A stretch of 32,000 bases of DNA, taken from positions 2,970,001 through 3,002,000 of the forward strand of contig NZ_CP011041.1 of NCBI RefSeq assembly GCF_002310835.1. The letters are read 5' to 3'. Source of the stretch: Pseudoalteromonas tetraodonis (GTDB lineage Bacteria > Pseudomonadota > Gammaproteobacteria > Enterobacterales > Alteromonadaceae). Positions 1 through 7,356 of the stretch are shown here, piece after piece. The notes beneath the pieces were generated by a model. It was given only the letters and a program-made list of their open reading frames with translations, ran no database searches and had not been told where the DNA came from. The number at the start of each line of letters is the position of its first letter. Positions within the stretch are counted from its first letter, which is position 1. Both the position numbers and the translations under genes were made by a program.

Positions 1-451
1 GAAAGTCATTAATCGCTTTGGCTTTTTGCTTTAATTCATCTTTAGCTAATGCAATCTGATCAAAGCTCTGTTTTACTTTTGCAAAATCGTTACTTGTTCC
101 GCGAAGTGCTGCGTAATAAGCCGCAATTCCCTCTAGCGCATGACGAAATTCTAATAAATCAAATTGCGATTCGGGGTGTTTACTGATCAAATCAAACAAC
201 GGATCAGTCAGTCCCTCCTCCAATTGATTTTTTACATACGTTCCACCACCTTGGCGACGGGTTACGAGCCCTTTTGCCTCAAGCTTTTGAATGGCTTCAC
301 GCAACGACGGACGCGACACTTCAAATTGCTTGGCGAGTTCACGCTCCGGTGGTAACTTTTCTCCTGGTGCTAACGACCCCTCAAGAATCATGTTCTCAAG
401 TTGTTGTAAAATAACATCAGATAATTTTGCCGCTTTAATTTTTAAAGACAT
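1..451 (-). CDS. pdhR: Pyruvate dehydrogenase complex repressor PdhR (GntR/FadR family). This is the N-terminal ~150 aa; the C-terminus runs off the window.
   Basis: Hand translation of the minus strand from the ATG (complement of 449-451) gives [73 protein letters not shown]...[27 protein letters not shown]. This closely matches E. coli PdhR through the winged-HTH and beyond. It is absent from the ORF track because it is open at the window edge. Confidence 0.9.
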   Translation of the reverse strand, partial: MSLKIKAAKLSDVILQQLENMILEGSLAPGEKLPPERELAKQFEVSRPSLREAIQKLEAKGLVTRRQGGGTYVKNQLEEGLTDPLFDLISKHPESQFDLLEFRHALEGIAAYYAALRGTSNDFAKVKQSFDQIALAKDELKQKAKAINDF

Positions 452-528
452 CAATCAACGTCCGCGTTGTATAAATGCTAGCAGCCCATTAAATAAGGCT
501 TTTAACTGAATGACCTGACCAAAAGGTA

Positions 529-546
529 AATTGGTCATACCAAATT
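529..546. promoter_or_regulatory. Putative PdhR operator (PdhR box) upstream of pdhR
   Basis: AATTGGT-CAT-ACCAAAT is a near-perfect palindrome. It matches the E. coli PdhR box core ATTGGTnnnACCAAT with one mismatch and lies ~80 bp upstream of the pdhR ATG. Confidence 0.6.
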
Positions 547-715
547 TTGCCATACGTTATCAAAAACCGTAATTACTGTCAATTTACAGCAGTTTTAAAG
601 CCCTAAGGCCAGCGTAACGTAATTTAAACAAAGTTCAAATAATACACAGATCACAGAGGGTAAAGAAAGGTTAATAAGATGAAAAACAAATGGTCAGACC
701 AGCTAATTTTTAATT

Positions 716-756
716 TTCGGGGTTCGGGGTTCGGGGTTCGGGGTTCGGGGTTCGGG
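716..756 (+). repeat. Perfect heptanucleotide tandem array (TTCGGGG) x5 plus TTCGGG. Six G-tracts are separated by TTC.
   Basis: Read directly from the sequence. G-tracts lie at 719-722, 726-729, 733-736, 740-743, 747-750 and 754-756. Confidence 0.97.
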
Positions 757-926
757 AAGAGATTATTGGATGCTCCCTTTATATCAATAAGTAAAATCAA
801 GATAAGTGTTTAATATTTACGAGGTAGACGCCGAGCTTGAAAAGCATAGCTTTAAATTATTTAAGCTCTACATTTGCTTCTAAAATATAAATTTTATTGT
901 AATCGAGAGTTTACCTCCCGCATATT

Positions 927-1056
927 TAGGGTCTAGGTTAAAGATCAAAGGTTTTAAGCCCGTTCCCCGTTGCTCATTGCTCGTAGCCCGCCAACACCAA
1001 GCAAATCACAGTGCTTGGCTTAATTTCTACCTAATACCTAGAACCTAACCCCTGCT
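927..1056. repeat. Composite intergenic mosaic element: a MITE-end-like fragment, a CCCGNNN heptad array, a hairpin with a conserved core, and an ACCTNNN heptad array
   Basis: TAGGGTCT/AGGTTAAA (927-942) resembles the end of the 1929-2196 element. In-phase heptads CCCGTTC CCCGTTG CTCATTG CTCGTAG CCCGCCA occupy 959-993. A hairpin CCAAGCA/TGCTTGG lies at 997-1018. The core GTGCTTGGCTTAATTTCT (1011-1028) is shared with 2865-2882. Heptads ACCTAAT ACCTAGA ACCTAAC CCCTGCT occupy 1029-1056, ending 2 nt from the ampE stop. Confidence 0.8.
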
Positions 1057-1058
1057 CT

Positions 1059-1910
1059 TTAACTTAAACCACCAAATAAAGTCATTAAAGCAATCAATAC
1101 TAAGTAGAAAAGTACATTTCGCTTAACCAGTTTGATCATACAGGTGGCCTCAAAGGTGCAACCATAGTAGCGCTCTTCAACTTGTTCAGCCGCTAGCGCC
1201 GTATAAGTAACCACCTTGCGATTAGGGCTTGAAAAGTCAAACACGTAATGTAGCCAACAGCTAGTCCCTTTATTAAAGTTACCAATCACTAAATAGCCAA
1301 AACTGGTAATACGCGCGGGGAGCCAATCAAGCCAAAACAATAAACGGTGGAGGAGTTTAAAATGCTTAGCAATGACTTCATCACGGTTGTCACTCACTAA
1401 GTCGGCAAAGGTACGTACTAATGCATAAAAAACAGCACCAGCAACGCCCAATACCACAAACCAAAATATAACCGCACAATAAAATCGAAAGTTAACCCAA
1501 GCCAGCGTTTGCCCTAAGGTTTCGCCGCCTTGTTGCTCCTCTGTGCGTTTTTGCCCTAATTGCAAAGCGTATAAGGTAGCTGCAGTTTGATCCCCTCGGG
1601 TCAGTGCATTTAAATACGACTTATACAAAGCGCGTTGCTTAGCACAACCAAAACAAACGAGTAACACCGCCACATTAAAAACAAGCTGCCAAAGTACAAA
1701 GTCAGATAAAAAATACACACACCCAATAGCAATCACAGGCAGGAATAGCCAAATTAAAAACCCCGTAGCTGTGCCAAATAAACCTTTATTGGTCAATAAA
1801 TTAACAGAGCGAGTTAAGTAGCCATTAGCGTAATAACTCATTTGCCAATGCGCAGAGCGAGCACCTAAACGCTCAAGTATCAGTGCTATTATTATTGAAA
1901 CCAAAATCAT
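1059..1910 (-). CDS. ampE: AmpE, inner-membrane protein of the ampDE beta-lactamase-induction/muropeptide recycling locus
   Basis: 283-aa multi-TM ORF. The N-terminus MILVSIIIALILERL...HWQ and the overall layout resemble E. coli AmpE, and it lies downstream of ampD as in enterics. Confidence 0.85.
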   Translation of the reverse strand: MILVSIIIALILERLGARSAHWQMSYYANGYLTRSVNLLTNKGLFGTATGFLIWLFLPVIAIGCVYFLSDFVLWQLVFNVAVLLVCFGCAKQRALYKSYLNALTRGDQTAATLYALQLGQKRTEEQQGGETLGQTLAWVNFRFYCAVIFWFVVLGVAGAVFYALVRTFADLVSDNRDEVIAKHFKLLHRLLFWLDWLPARITSFGYLVIGNFNKGTSCWLHYVFDFSSPNRKVVTYTALAAEQVEERYYGCTFEATCMIKLVKRNVLFYLVLIALMTLFGGLS

Positions 1911-1928
1911 GTTGTTACTCGCTTAATT

Positions 1929-2196
1929 TAGGGTCTGTTGACCTTTGCGGATTATAATTTGTTCAAACTAGGGGCGATTTAATCGCGGCGCGAGGTTTGT
2001 AACCTAGTGGGCTAAGTCAAAACCGAGCAACAAAGAGTAAATCGTCCCTAGGCAGAACCCGAAGGGCAGCGCCTGTTTGGCATTGATACTACGTTATCGC
2101 CTATTTATGGGGAATAACCACACCACATAGGCGCTGCCTTGCCTAAATACCAAACAGACTGCTGCAAATTTAACCTTGAAAGGTCAACAGACCCTA
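1929..2196. mobile_element. MITE-like non-autonomous element, 268 bp, with perfect 18-bp terminal inverted repeats
   Basis: TAGGGTCTGTTGACCTTT at 1929-1946 is the exact reverse complement of AAAGGTCAACAGACCCTA at 2179-2196, and imperfect complementarity continues to ~33 bp. Internal inverted repeats are CTAGGGGCGATTTA (1968-1981) with TAAATCGTCCCTAG (2038-2051), and GGGCAGCGCCT (2064-2074) with AGGCGCTGCC (2129-2138). There is no ORF. The terminal TA on each side could be a TA target duplication. Confidence 0.6.
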
Positions 2197-2197
2197 G

Positions 2198-2743
2198 TTA
2201 TTCAATTAGGTTGAAAAACTTACGCCAGTTAAAACTCGCTCCAGGGTCGGTTTTTCGCCCAGGGGCTATATCGCAATGCCCAACTATATTACTGGCTGTT
2301 ATTTTTGGATAGCGCTGCATAATAGCCTGCGCCAATGCAGCTAAACTTTGATATTGCGCATCGGTATAGTTAATTGTATCTGTGCCTTCAAGCTCTATAC
2401 CTATACTAAAATCATTACAATTTTGTTGCCCAGCAAAGCAGGAGTGCCCCGCATGCCATGCGCGTTTTTCAAAAGGCACATACTGTATAACTTCGCCGCA
2501 GCGCTTAATAAAACAATGCGCTGACACCTTAAGCCCCTCTAGGTCACTAAAGCTAGGGTGCGCATTACAATCAATACACCCCATAAATAAGTCATCAACG
2601 TAAGAAGTGTTAAATTGCCCAGCGGGTAATGAAATATTATGAATAACCAACAGCGAAATATCGTAGTGAGCAGGTCGCTCATCAAAGTGGCTACACGCCC
2701 GCTGGCTAATATTATTTATAACGCCTAAAGAATCTATTTTCAT
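2198..2743 (-). CDS. ampD: 1,6-anhydro-N-acetylmuramyl-L-alanine amidase AmpD
   Basis: 181-aa ORF with amidase_2 features (LLVIHNISLP..., HAGHS..., GHCDIAPGRKTDPG). It is divergent from nadC, as in E. coli. Confidence 0.93.
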   Translation of the reverse strand: MKIDSLGVINNISQRACSHFDERPAHYDISLLVIHNISLPAGQFNTSYVDDLFMGCIDCNAHPSFSDLEGLKVSAHCFIKRCGEVIQYVPFEKRAWHAGHSCFAGQQNCNDFSIGIELEGTDTINYTDAQYQSLAALAQAIMQRYPKITASNIVGHCDIAPGRKTDPGASFNWRKFFNLIE

Positions 2744-2767
2744 ACTATTTATTTAAAACTTATGTAG

Positions 2768-2953
2768 CCTAGAACCTAATACCTAATACCTAATACCGAC
2801 GCGGAATAAATCCGCTGCTACATGTGCGCGGCGTAAAGCCCCGCCTACACTCAACACAAACACCGTGCTTGGCTTAATCTCTGCCTAAACCTAGAACCTT
2901 TATTTTATAAACCCGCTGCCCGCATCCCGCTGCCCGTAGCTCGCAGCGCTCAG
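2768..2953. repeat. Composite intergenic mosaic element: heptad arrays, two direct REP-like hairpins and a conserved core
   Basis: CCTAGAA CCTAATA x3 occupy 2768-2795. GACGCGGAATAAATCCGCTGCTACA lies at 2798-2822 and GTGCGCGGCGTAAAGCCCCGCCTACA at 2824-2849. GTGCTTGGCTTAATCTCT lies at 2865-2882. CCCGCTG CCCGCAT CCCGCTG CCCGTAG CTCGCAG CGCTCAG occupy 2912-2953. Confidence 0.85.
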
Positions 2954-3135
2954 GTTAATCAACCAAAATTGATGTATATCAAGATGCTAATAGATTTAAT
3001 CCCATAAAGATAGCGTAATACTAAACGATAAAATATGATTAACGCGTTATTTAAGCGCTGGCTTTTTAGTTTAGTTGTTAGCCGCTTCTAATTAGTAATT
3101 AAACAGAGTAAAATTTAGTTAATTTATTATCTACT

Positions 3136-3993
3136 ATGAGCTTTTTCATGTCTATTTCGCACACCCTAATTAGCCAACTTGTTACTTTAGCACTGGATGA
3201 AGACCTAAATTATCAAAGCGCAGAACAAGGCGATATTACCGCGCAGCTCATTCCTCAAGCAGAGCAAGCCAATGCGAAAGTGATCACCCGTGAAGACTGC
3301 ATTTTTTGTGGTAAAGATCTAATCATTGAGGTGTTCAAACAAGTCGACCCAAGCGTGGTTGTAAACATATGCGTTAACGATGGCGACTTTGTTAGTGCCA
3401 ATAGCACTCTGTTCACCGCATCAGGCTCTGCTCGCGCTATTTTAACGGCTGAACGAACTGCACTTAATTTTGTACAAACGCTTTCTGGCACAGCCACCAC
3501 CACTGCGCACTATGTAAAAGAGTTAAGTGGCACTAGCACGCAACTGCTCGATACCCGTAAAACTATTCCAGGACTTAGAGCGCTACAAAAGTATGCAGTT
3601 AAGTGTGGTGGCGGTGCAAACCACCGAATTGGTTTGTTTGATGCGTTTTTAATTAAAGAAAACCACATAGCAGCCTGTGGAGGAATTAATAACGCAGTTA
3701 CTCAAGCTAAGCTAAATCATGCCGATAAACCGATAGAGGTTGAAGTTGAATCGTTTGATGAGCTAGAGCAAGCCATTAACGCAGGCGCCGACATTATTAT
3801 GTTAGATAATTTTAATCCAGAGCAAATACGCCAAGCAGTTAGCATTACAAATAAGCGCGCTAAGTTAGAAGTATCAGGCAATATGACCTTGGAAATACTA
3901 AAAGCCTACTCGCAAGCTGGTGTGGACTTTATCTCAAGTGGTGCGCTTACAAAAAATTTACAATCAATCGATTTATCGATGCGATTTGAGTAA
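3136..3993 (+). CDS. nadC: Nicotinate-nucleotide diphosphorylase (quinolinate phosphoribosyltransferase)
   Basis: 285-aa ORF with typical NadC motifs (ERTALNF, LDTRKT.PG.R, KYAV..GGG.NHR.GL.D..LIKENH, MLDNF). The start could be the downstream Met at aa 5. Confidence 0.95.
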   Translation: MSFFMSISHTLISQLVTLALDEDLNYQSAEQGDITAQLIPQAEQANAKVITREDCIFCGKDLIIEVFKQVDPSVVVNICVNDGDFVSANSTLFTASGSARAILTAERTALNFVQTLSGTATTTAHYVKELSGTSTQLLDTRKTIPGLRALQKYAVKCGGGANHRIGLFDAFLIKENHIAACGGINNAVTQAKLNHADKPIEVEVESFDELEQAINAGADIIMLDNFNPEQIRQAVSITNKRAKLEVSGNMTLEILKAYSQAGVDFISSGALTKNLQSIDLSMRFE

Positions 3994-4504
3994 ACAATGT
4001 AGAATTTATTTATATATTCTTAAGCTAATTGATTGACAGCTTTTAAAAAAGGGCATTAAATAATTCAAAAGGATTATTTGTAACAAGTTATTAAATTAAT
4101 GCGTTTTTTATAGTGTTTTTACATACAAAAGCGCAATAAACAGTGTTAGACTCATTCATATTGACTAGTTTTAAATTTTTAATTAGTTAAAAAGAGTGGA
4201 AAAGCATTTATAAGCGACAGAGTAAAAATAAGCGACAGGGTTTATTTTTATAATTAGCTTGTAACTTACGCGGGTTATAACTAACTTTTAATAGTTAGGT
4301 TTATACTCAAATAAGGGACGAGTAACGAATAACCGCCATGCAGTGCGTGTCTTTGCGACGAATATTTTACCGCTTATACACAGCACTAAATTTGGTAAAA
4401 TGATCTTATTTTTTTGTAGTAACAGGTTAAGTGAACACATAAGTTATATTTAAAAACTTATACCCGTTTGGCTTACCACAACATTATCCTTTAGGAGAGG
4501 AAAC

Positions 4505-4951
4505 ATGCAAACAATGACACAACAAAACCAAAAGGGTTTCACCCTAATTGAATTAATGATCGTAGTAGCAATAATCGGTATTCTTGCAGCGGTAGCGCTG
4601 CCTGCATATCAAGATTACACACTGAAAGCACGTTTTGCAGAAGTAAAAACATCAGCTGCTTCTGTTAAAACAACTATGGCACAGTGCTTACAGGAAAATA
4701 ACAATATTATAGCTGCTTGTAATACTTTCACAGAATTAGGCATAGCAGCTCCTGCAGCAAATGATAATTTAGCATCTGTAGCCATTGCAGCCACTGGTGT
4801 AATAACTGCTACAGGCACAGCAAGTGCTGGTGGTTATACATACACACTGACTCCACCTGTAATTGCGGCTGGTGATCCACCTCCATCAACTTTTGTATTT
4901 GCTGTAGGTGGCACATGCTCATCTCAAACAAGAATACCTAACCTTTGTTAA
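4505..4951 (+). CDS. pilA: Type IVa major pilin
   Basis: Class III signal peptide [11 protein letters not shown]|[27 protein letters not shown] with Glu+5. The C-terminal Cys pair (C138...C148) forms a disulfide loop. A strong RBS, GGAGAGG, lies upstream. Confidence 0.95.
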   Translation: MQTMTQQNQKGFTLIELMIVVAIIGILAAVALPAYQDYTLKARFAEVKTSAASVKTTMAQCLQENNNIIAACNTFTELGIAAPAANDNLASVAIAATGVITATGTASAGGYTYTLTPPVIAAGDPPPSTFVFAVGGTCSSQTRIPNLC

Positions 4952-4963
4952 TAATAAGTTTAT

Positions 4964-4989
4964 AAAGGGCTATTTAGCCCTTTTTATTT
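4964..4989 (+). terminator. Intrinsic terminator after pilA
   Basis: 8-bp stem AAAGGGCT/AGCCCTTT, 4-nt loop, followed by a T-run. Confidence 0.8.
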
Positions 4990-4997
4990 GATGAACT

Positions 4998-6218
4998 ATG
5001 AAAAAAACAAATAAGCTAGATACATTTCAATGGATAGGTGTAAGCGCAAGAGGTAAACGTCTTGAAGGAGAGCTAGCGGGTTCTAGCATAGCCTTGGTGA
5101 AAGCCCAATTACGTAAACAAGGTATTACTCCCTCAAAAGTCAAACGAAAAGCAAAACCTTTGTTTGGCCTACAAAGCGTGCAAAAAATCACCCCAAAAGA
5201 TATTGCTATAGTTACTCGACAAATAGCTACTATGCTTATGGCGGGTGTGCCGTTGATACAATCCATAGAAATGATAGGTTCTGGTTCCACCAACAAAAGT
5301 GTGAGTAAATTAATGGCCGTTATTGGTGATGAAGTGAAAGCTGGTCAACCATTATCAATGGCACTCAGAAAACATCCCCGTTATTTTGATGATTTATATT
5401 GCGATTTAGTAGCATCAGGCGAGCAGTCGGGCTCGCTTGATAAAATATTTGATCGCGTTGCGCTTTATAAAGAAAAGTCAGAAGCGCTAAAATCAAAAAT
5501 TAAAAAAGCCATGTTTTATCCAGCAGCAGTTTTAGTTGTGGCATTCATTGTTACCTCTATTTTGTTAATTTTTGTAGTACCGCAATTTCAGGATATTTTT
5601 GCAGGTTTTGGTGCAGAACTGCCTGCTTTTACTTTATTTGTGATTGGTATTTCAGAATTTATGCAAGCCAACTGGTGGATAGCCCTAATTGGCGTTGTGG
5701 CATTCGGTTATATATTTAAAGAAGTACATTTAAGAAGTTTAAAACTGCGTGATGCCACTGACCGCGCCATACTTAAACTCCCGGTTATTGGCATGATACT
5801 TAATAAAGCAGCGGTGGCGCGTTATGCACGTACTTTATCGACCACCTTTGCTGCGGGTGTACCATTGGTGGATGCTTTGGATTCTGCAGCAGGTGCCTCT
5901 GGTAACGCAATTTACCGGTATGCTATTTTAGAAATAAAAGCCGAGGTAAGCTCAGGCAATCAAATGAACTGGGCGATGCGTAATTCAAAAATATTCCCAG
6001 ATATGGTAATACAAATGGTTGCCATTGGTGAAGAGTCAGGTTCGCTTGATGGCATGCTCGCAAAAGTAGCAACTATCTACGAGCAAGAAGTAGATGACGC
6101 GGTAGATGGCTTATCAAGCCTATTAGAGCCGTTAATAATGGCAGTACTCGGCGTACTAGTCGGTGGCTTAATTGTGGCCATGTACTTACCTATTTTCCAA
6201 CTAGGTTCTGTTATTTAG
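4998..6218 (+). CDS. pilC: Type IV pilus platform protein PilC (GspF family)
   Basis: 406-aa ORF with two GspF-type repeats and 3 TM segments. It is strongly similar to Pseudomonas PilC (e.g. GELAG...LVKAQLRKQGI, GEESG.LD). Confidence 0.95.
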   Translation: MKKTNKLDTFQWIGVSARGKRLEGELAGSSIALVKAQLRKQGITPSKVKRKAKPLFGLQSVQKITPKDIAIVTRQIATMLMAGVPLIQSIEMIGSGSTNKSVSKLMAVIGDEVKAGQPLSMALRKHPRYFDDLYCDLVASGEQSGSLDKIFDRVALYKEKSEALKSKIKKAMFYPAAVLVVAFIVTSILLIFVVPQFQDIFAGFGAELPAFTLFVIGISEFMQANWWIALIGVVAFGYIFKEVHLRSLKLRDATDRAILKLPVIGMILNKAAVARYARTLSTTFAAGVPLVDALDSAAGASGNAIYRYAILEIKAEVSSGNQMNWAMRNSKIFPDMVIQMVAIGEESGSLDGMLAKVATIYEQEVDDAVDGLSSLLEPLIMAVLGVLVGGLIVAMYLPIFQLGSVI

Positions 6219-6385
6219 CTTCGAGCTTCGAGTTTCTAGGCCCGTTACCCGAAGCCCGTTGCCCGCAACTAAAGTGCGCGGCATAAAGCCCCGCCTACAA
6301 AACAATTAAAACGCGGTGGTTCCCCACAACTCGTCGCCCGTTGCCCGAACCTCAAACCTAACACCTTGAACCTCGAACCTAATTT
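6219..6385. repeat. Composite intergenic mosaic element between pilC and pilD
   Basis: It starts 1 nt after the pilC TAG. In-phase heptads CTTCGAG CTTCGAG TTTCTAG GCCCGTT ACCCGAA GCCCGTT GCCCGCA occupy 6219-6267. The REP-like unit GTGCGCGGCATAAAGCCCCGCCTACA lies at 6274-6299. In-phase heptads CTCGTCG CCCGTTG CCCGAAC CTCAAAC CTAACAC CTTGAAC CTCGAAC CTAATTT occupy 6330-6385. Confidence 0.85.
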
Positions 6386-6442
6386 TGCACTTATGTAAAA
6401 CCACTGTATTATCAACACAGAATTTAGTTTTAGGTAAGATAA

Positions 6443-7354
6443 ATGCATACTTTTTTTATTGATATCACCGCCGCAATGCAAAGCCATTTATGGTTTTACT
6501 TAACCACGATTGGCCTAGTGAGTTTATGTATTGGTAGCTTTTTAAATGTGGTGATTTATCGCTTGCCACTAATGATGCAAAAAGAATGGCAAACTGAATG
6601 CCGCTTATTATTAGCCGATGAACTAACCAGCCCAAAGGCTAAACAGACCACCTCACAAACTACTGACACGTTTAACTTAGTTAAACCCAACTCATGTTGC
6701 CCAAAGTGCAAAGCGGCGATTAAACCGTGGCAAAATATTCCCATTATTAGTTGGTTATTTTTAAAAGGTAAATGCGCAACCTGTAACAACCCAATATCAG
6801 TACGTTACCCAATCGTTGAAGCCATTACTGCTATTTTAAGTTTAGTGGTTGCCTACACCTTTGGCGCTACAGAGCAGGCTTTATTATACATAGTAGTTAC
6901 TTGGGCGTTGGTAGCACTGACTTTTATTGATATTGATCACATGCTACTGCCGGACCAGCTTACTTTGCCACTTTTATGGTTAGCGTTAATCGCCTCAGTT
7001 ATGGGTTATACCATTGCCCCTAGCGATGCCATTATTGGCGCAGCATGTGGCTATTTAAGCTTATGGAGTGTGTTTTGGTTGTTTAAATTAATAACCGGCA
7101 AAGAAGGCATGGGCTATGGCGACTTTAAATTACTGGCGGTGTTTGGAGCCATACTGGGTTGGCAATCGTTATTGACCATTATTTTGCTCTCAAGCGTAGT
7201 TGGCGCTGTAATTGGCATTGCTCTACTGAGTATTCAAGGTAAAGACAAAGCAACCCCCATTCCTTTTGGTCCTTACTTAGCAATAGCCGGTTGGTTCACT
7301 ATGCTATGGGGCACGCAACTGCAAAACAGCTATTTTAATTTTATTGGCTACTAA
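6443..7354 (+). CDS. pilD: Prepilin peptidase / N-methyltransferase PilD (A24 family)
   Basis: 303-aa ORF with a Cys-rich motif (CPKC...CATC) and multiple TM segments with the GYGDFKL catalytic region. The true start may be Met12 (6476), which aligns better with PilD N-termini. Confidence 0.93.
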   Translation: MHTFFIDITAAMQSHLWFYLTTIGLVSLCIGSFLNVVIYRLPLMMQKEWQTECRLLLADELTSPKAKQTTSQTTDTFNLVKPNSCCPKCKAAIKPWQNIPIISWLFLKGKCATCNNPISVRYPIVEAITAILSLVVAYTFGATEQALLYIVVTWALVALTFIDIDHMLLPDQLTLPLLWLALIASVMGYTIAPSDAIIGAACGYLSLWSVFWLFKLITGKEGMGYGDFKLLAVFGAILGWQSLLTIILLSSVVGAVIGIALLSIQGKDKATPIPFGPYLAIAGWFTMLWGTQLQNSYFNFIGY

Positions 7355-7356
7355 CT

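Noticed and set aside
164-509. Plus-strand ORFs 164-355 (63 aa) and 291-509 (72 aa)
   Set aside because: Both are antisense to the clearly recognisable pdhR coding sequence on the minus strand.
4440-4504. A sigma-54 promoter for pilA (TGGCTTACCACAAC at about 4468-4481)
   Set aside because: The GG of the -24 element is present, but the -12 GC is missing at the required spacing (CA instead of GC). No other TGGCAC-N5-TTGC-like match was found in 4240-4504.
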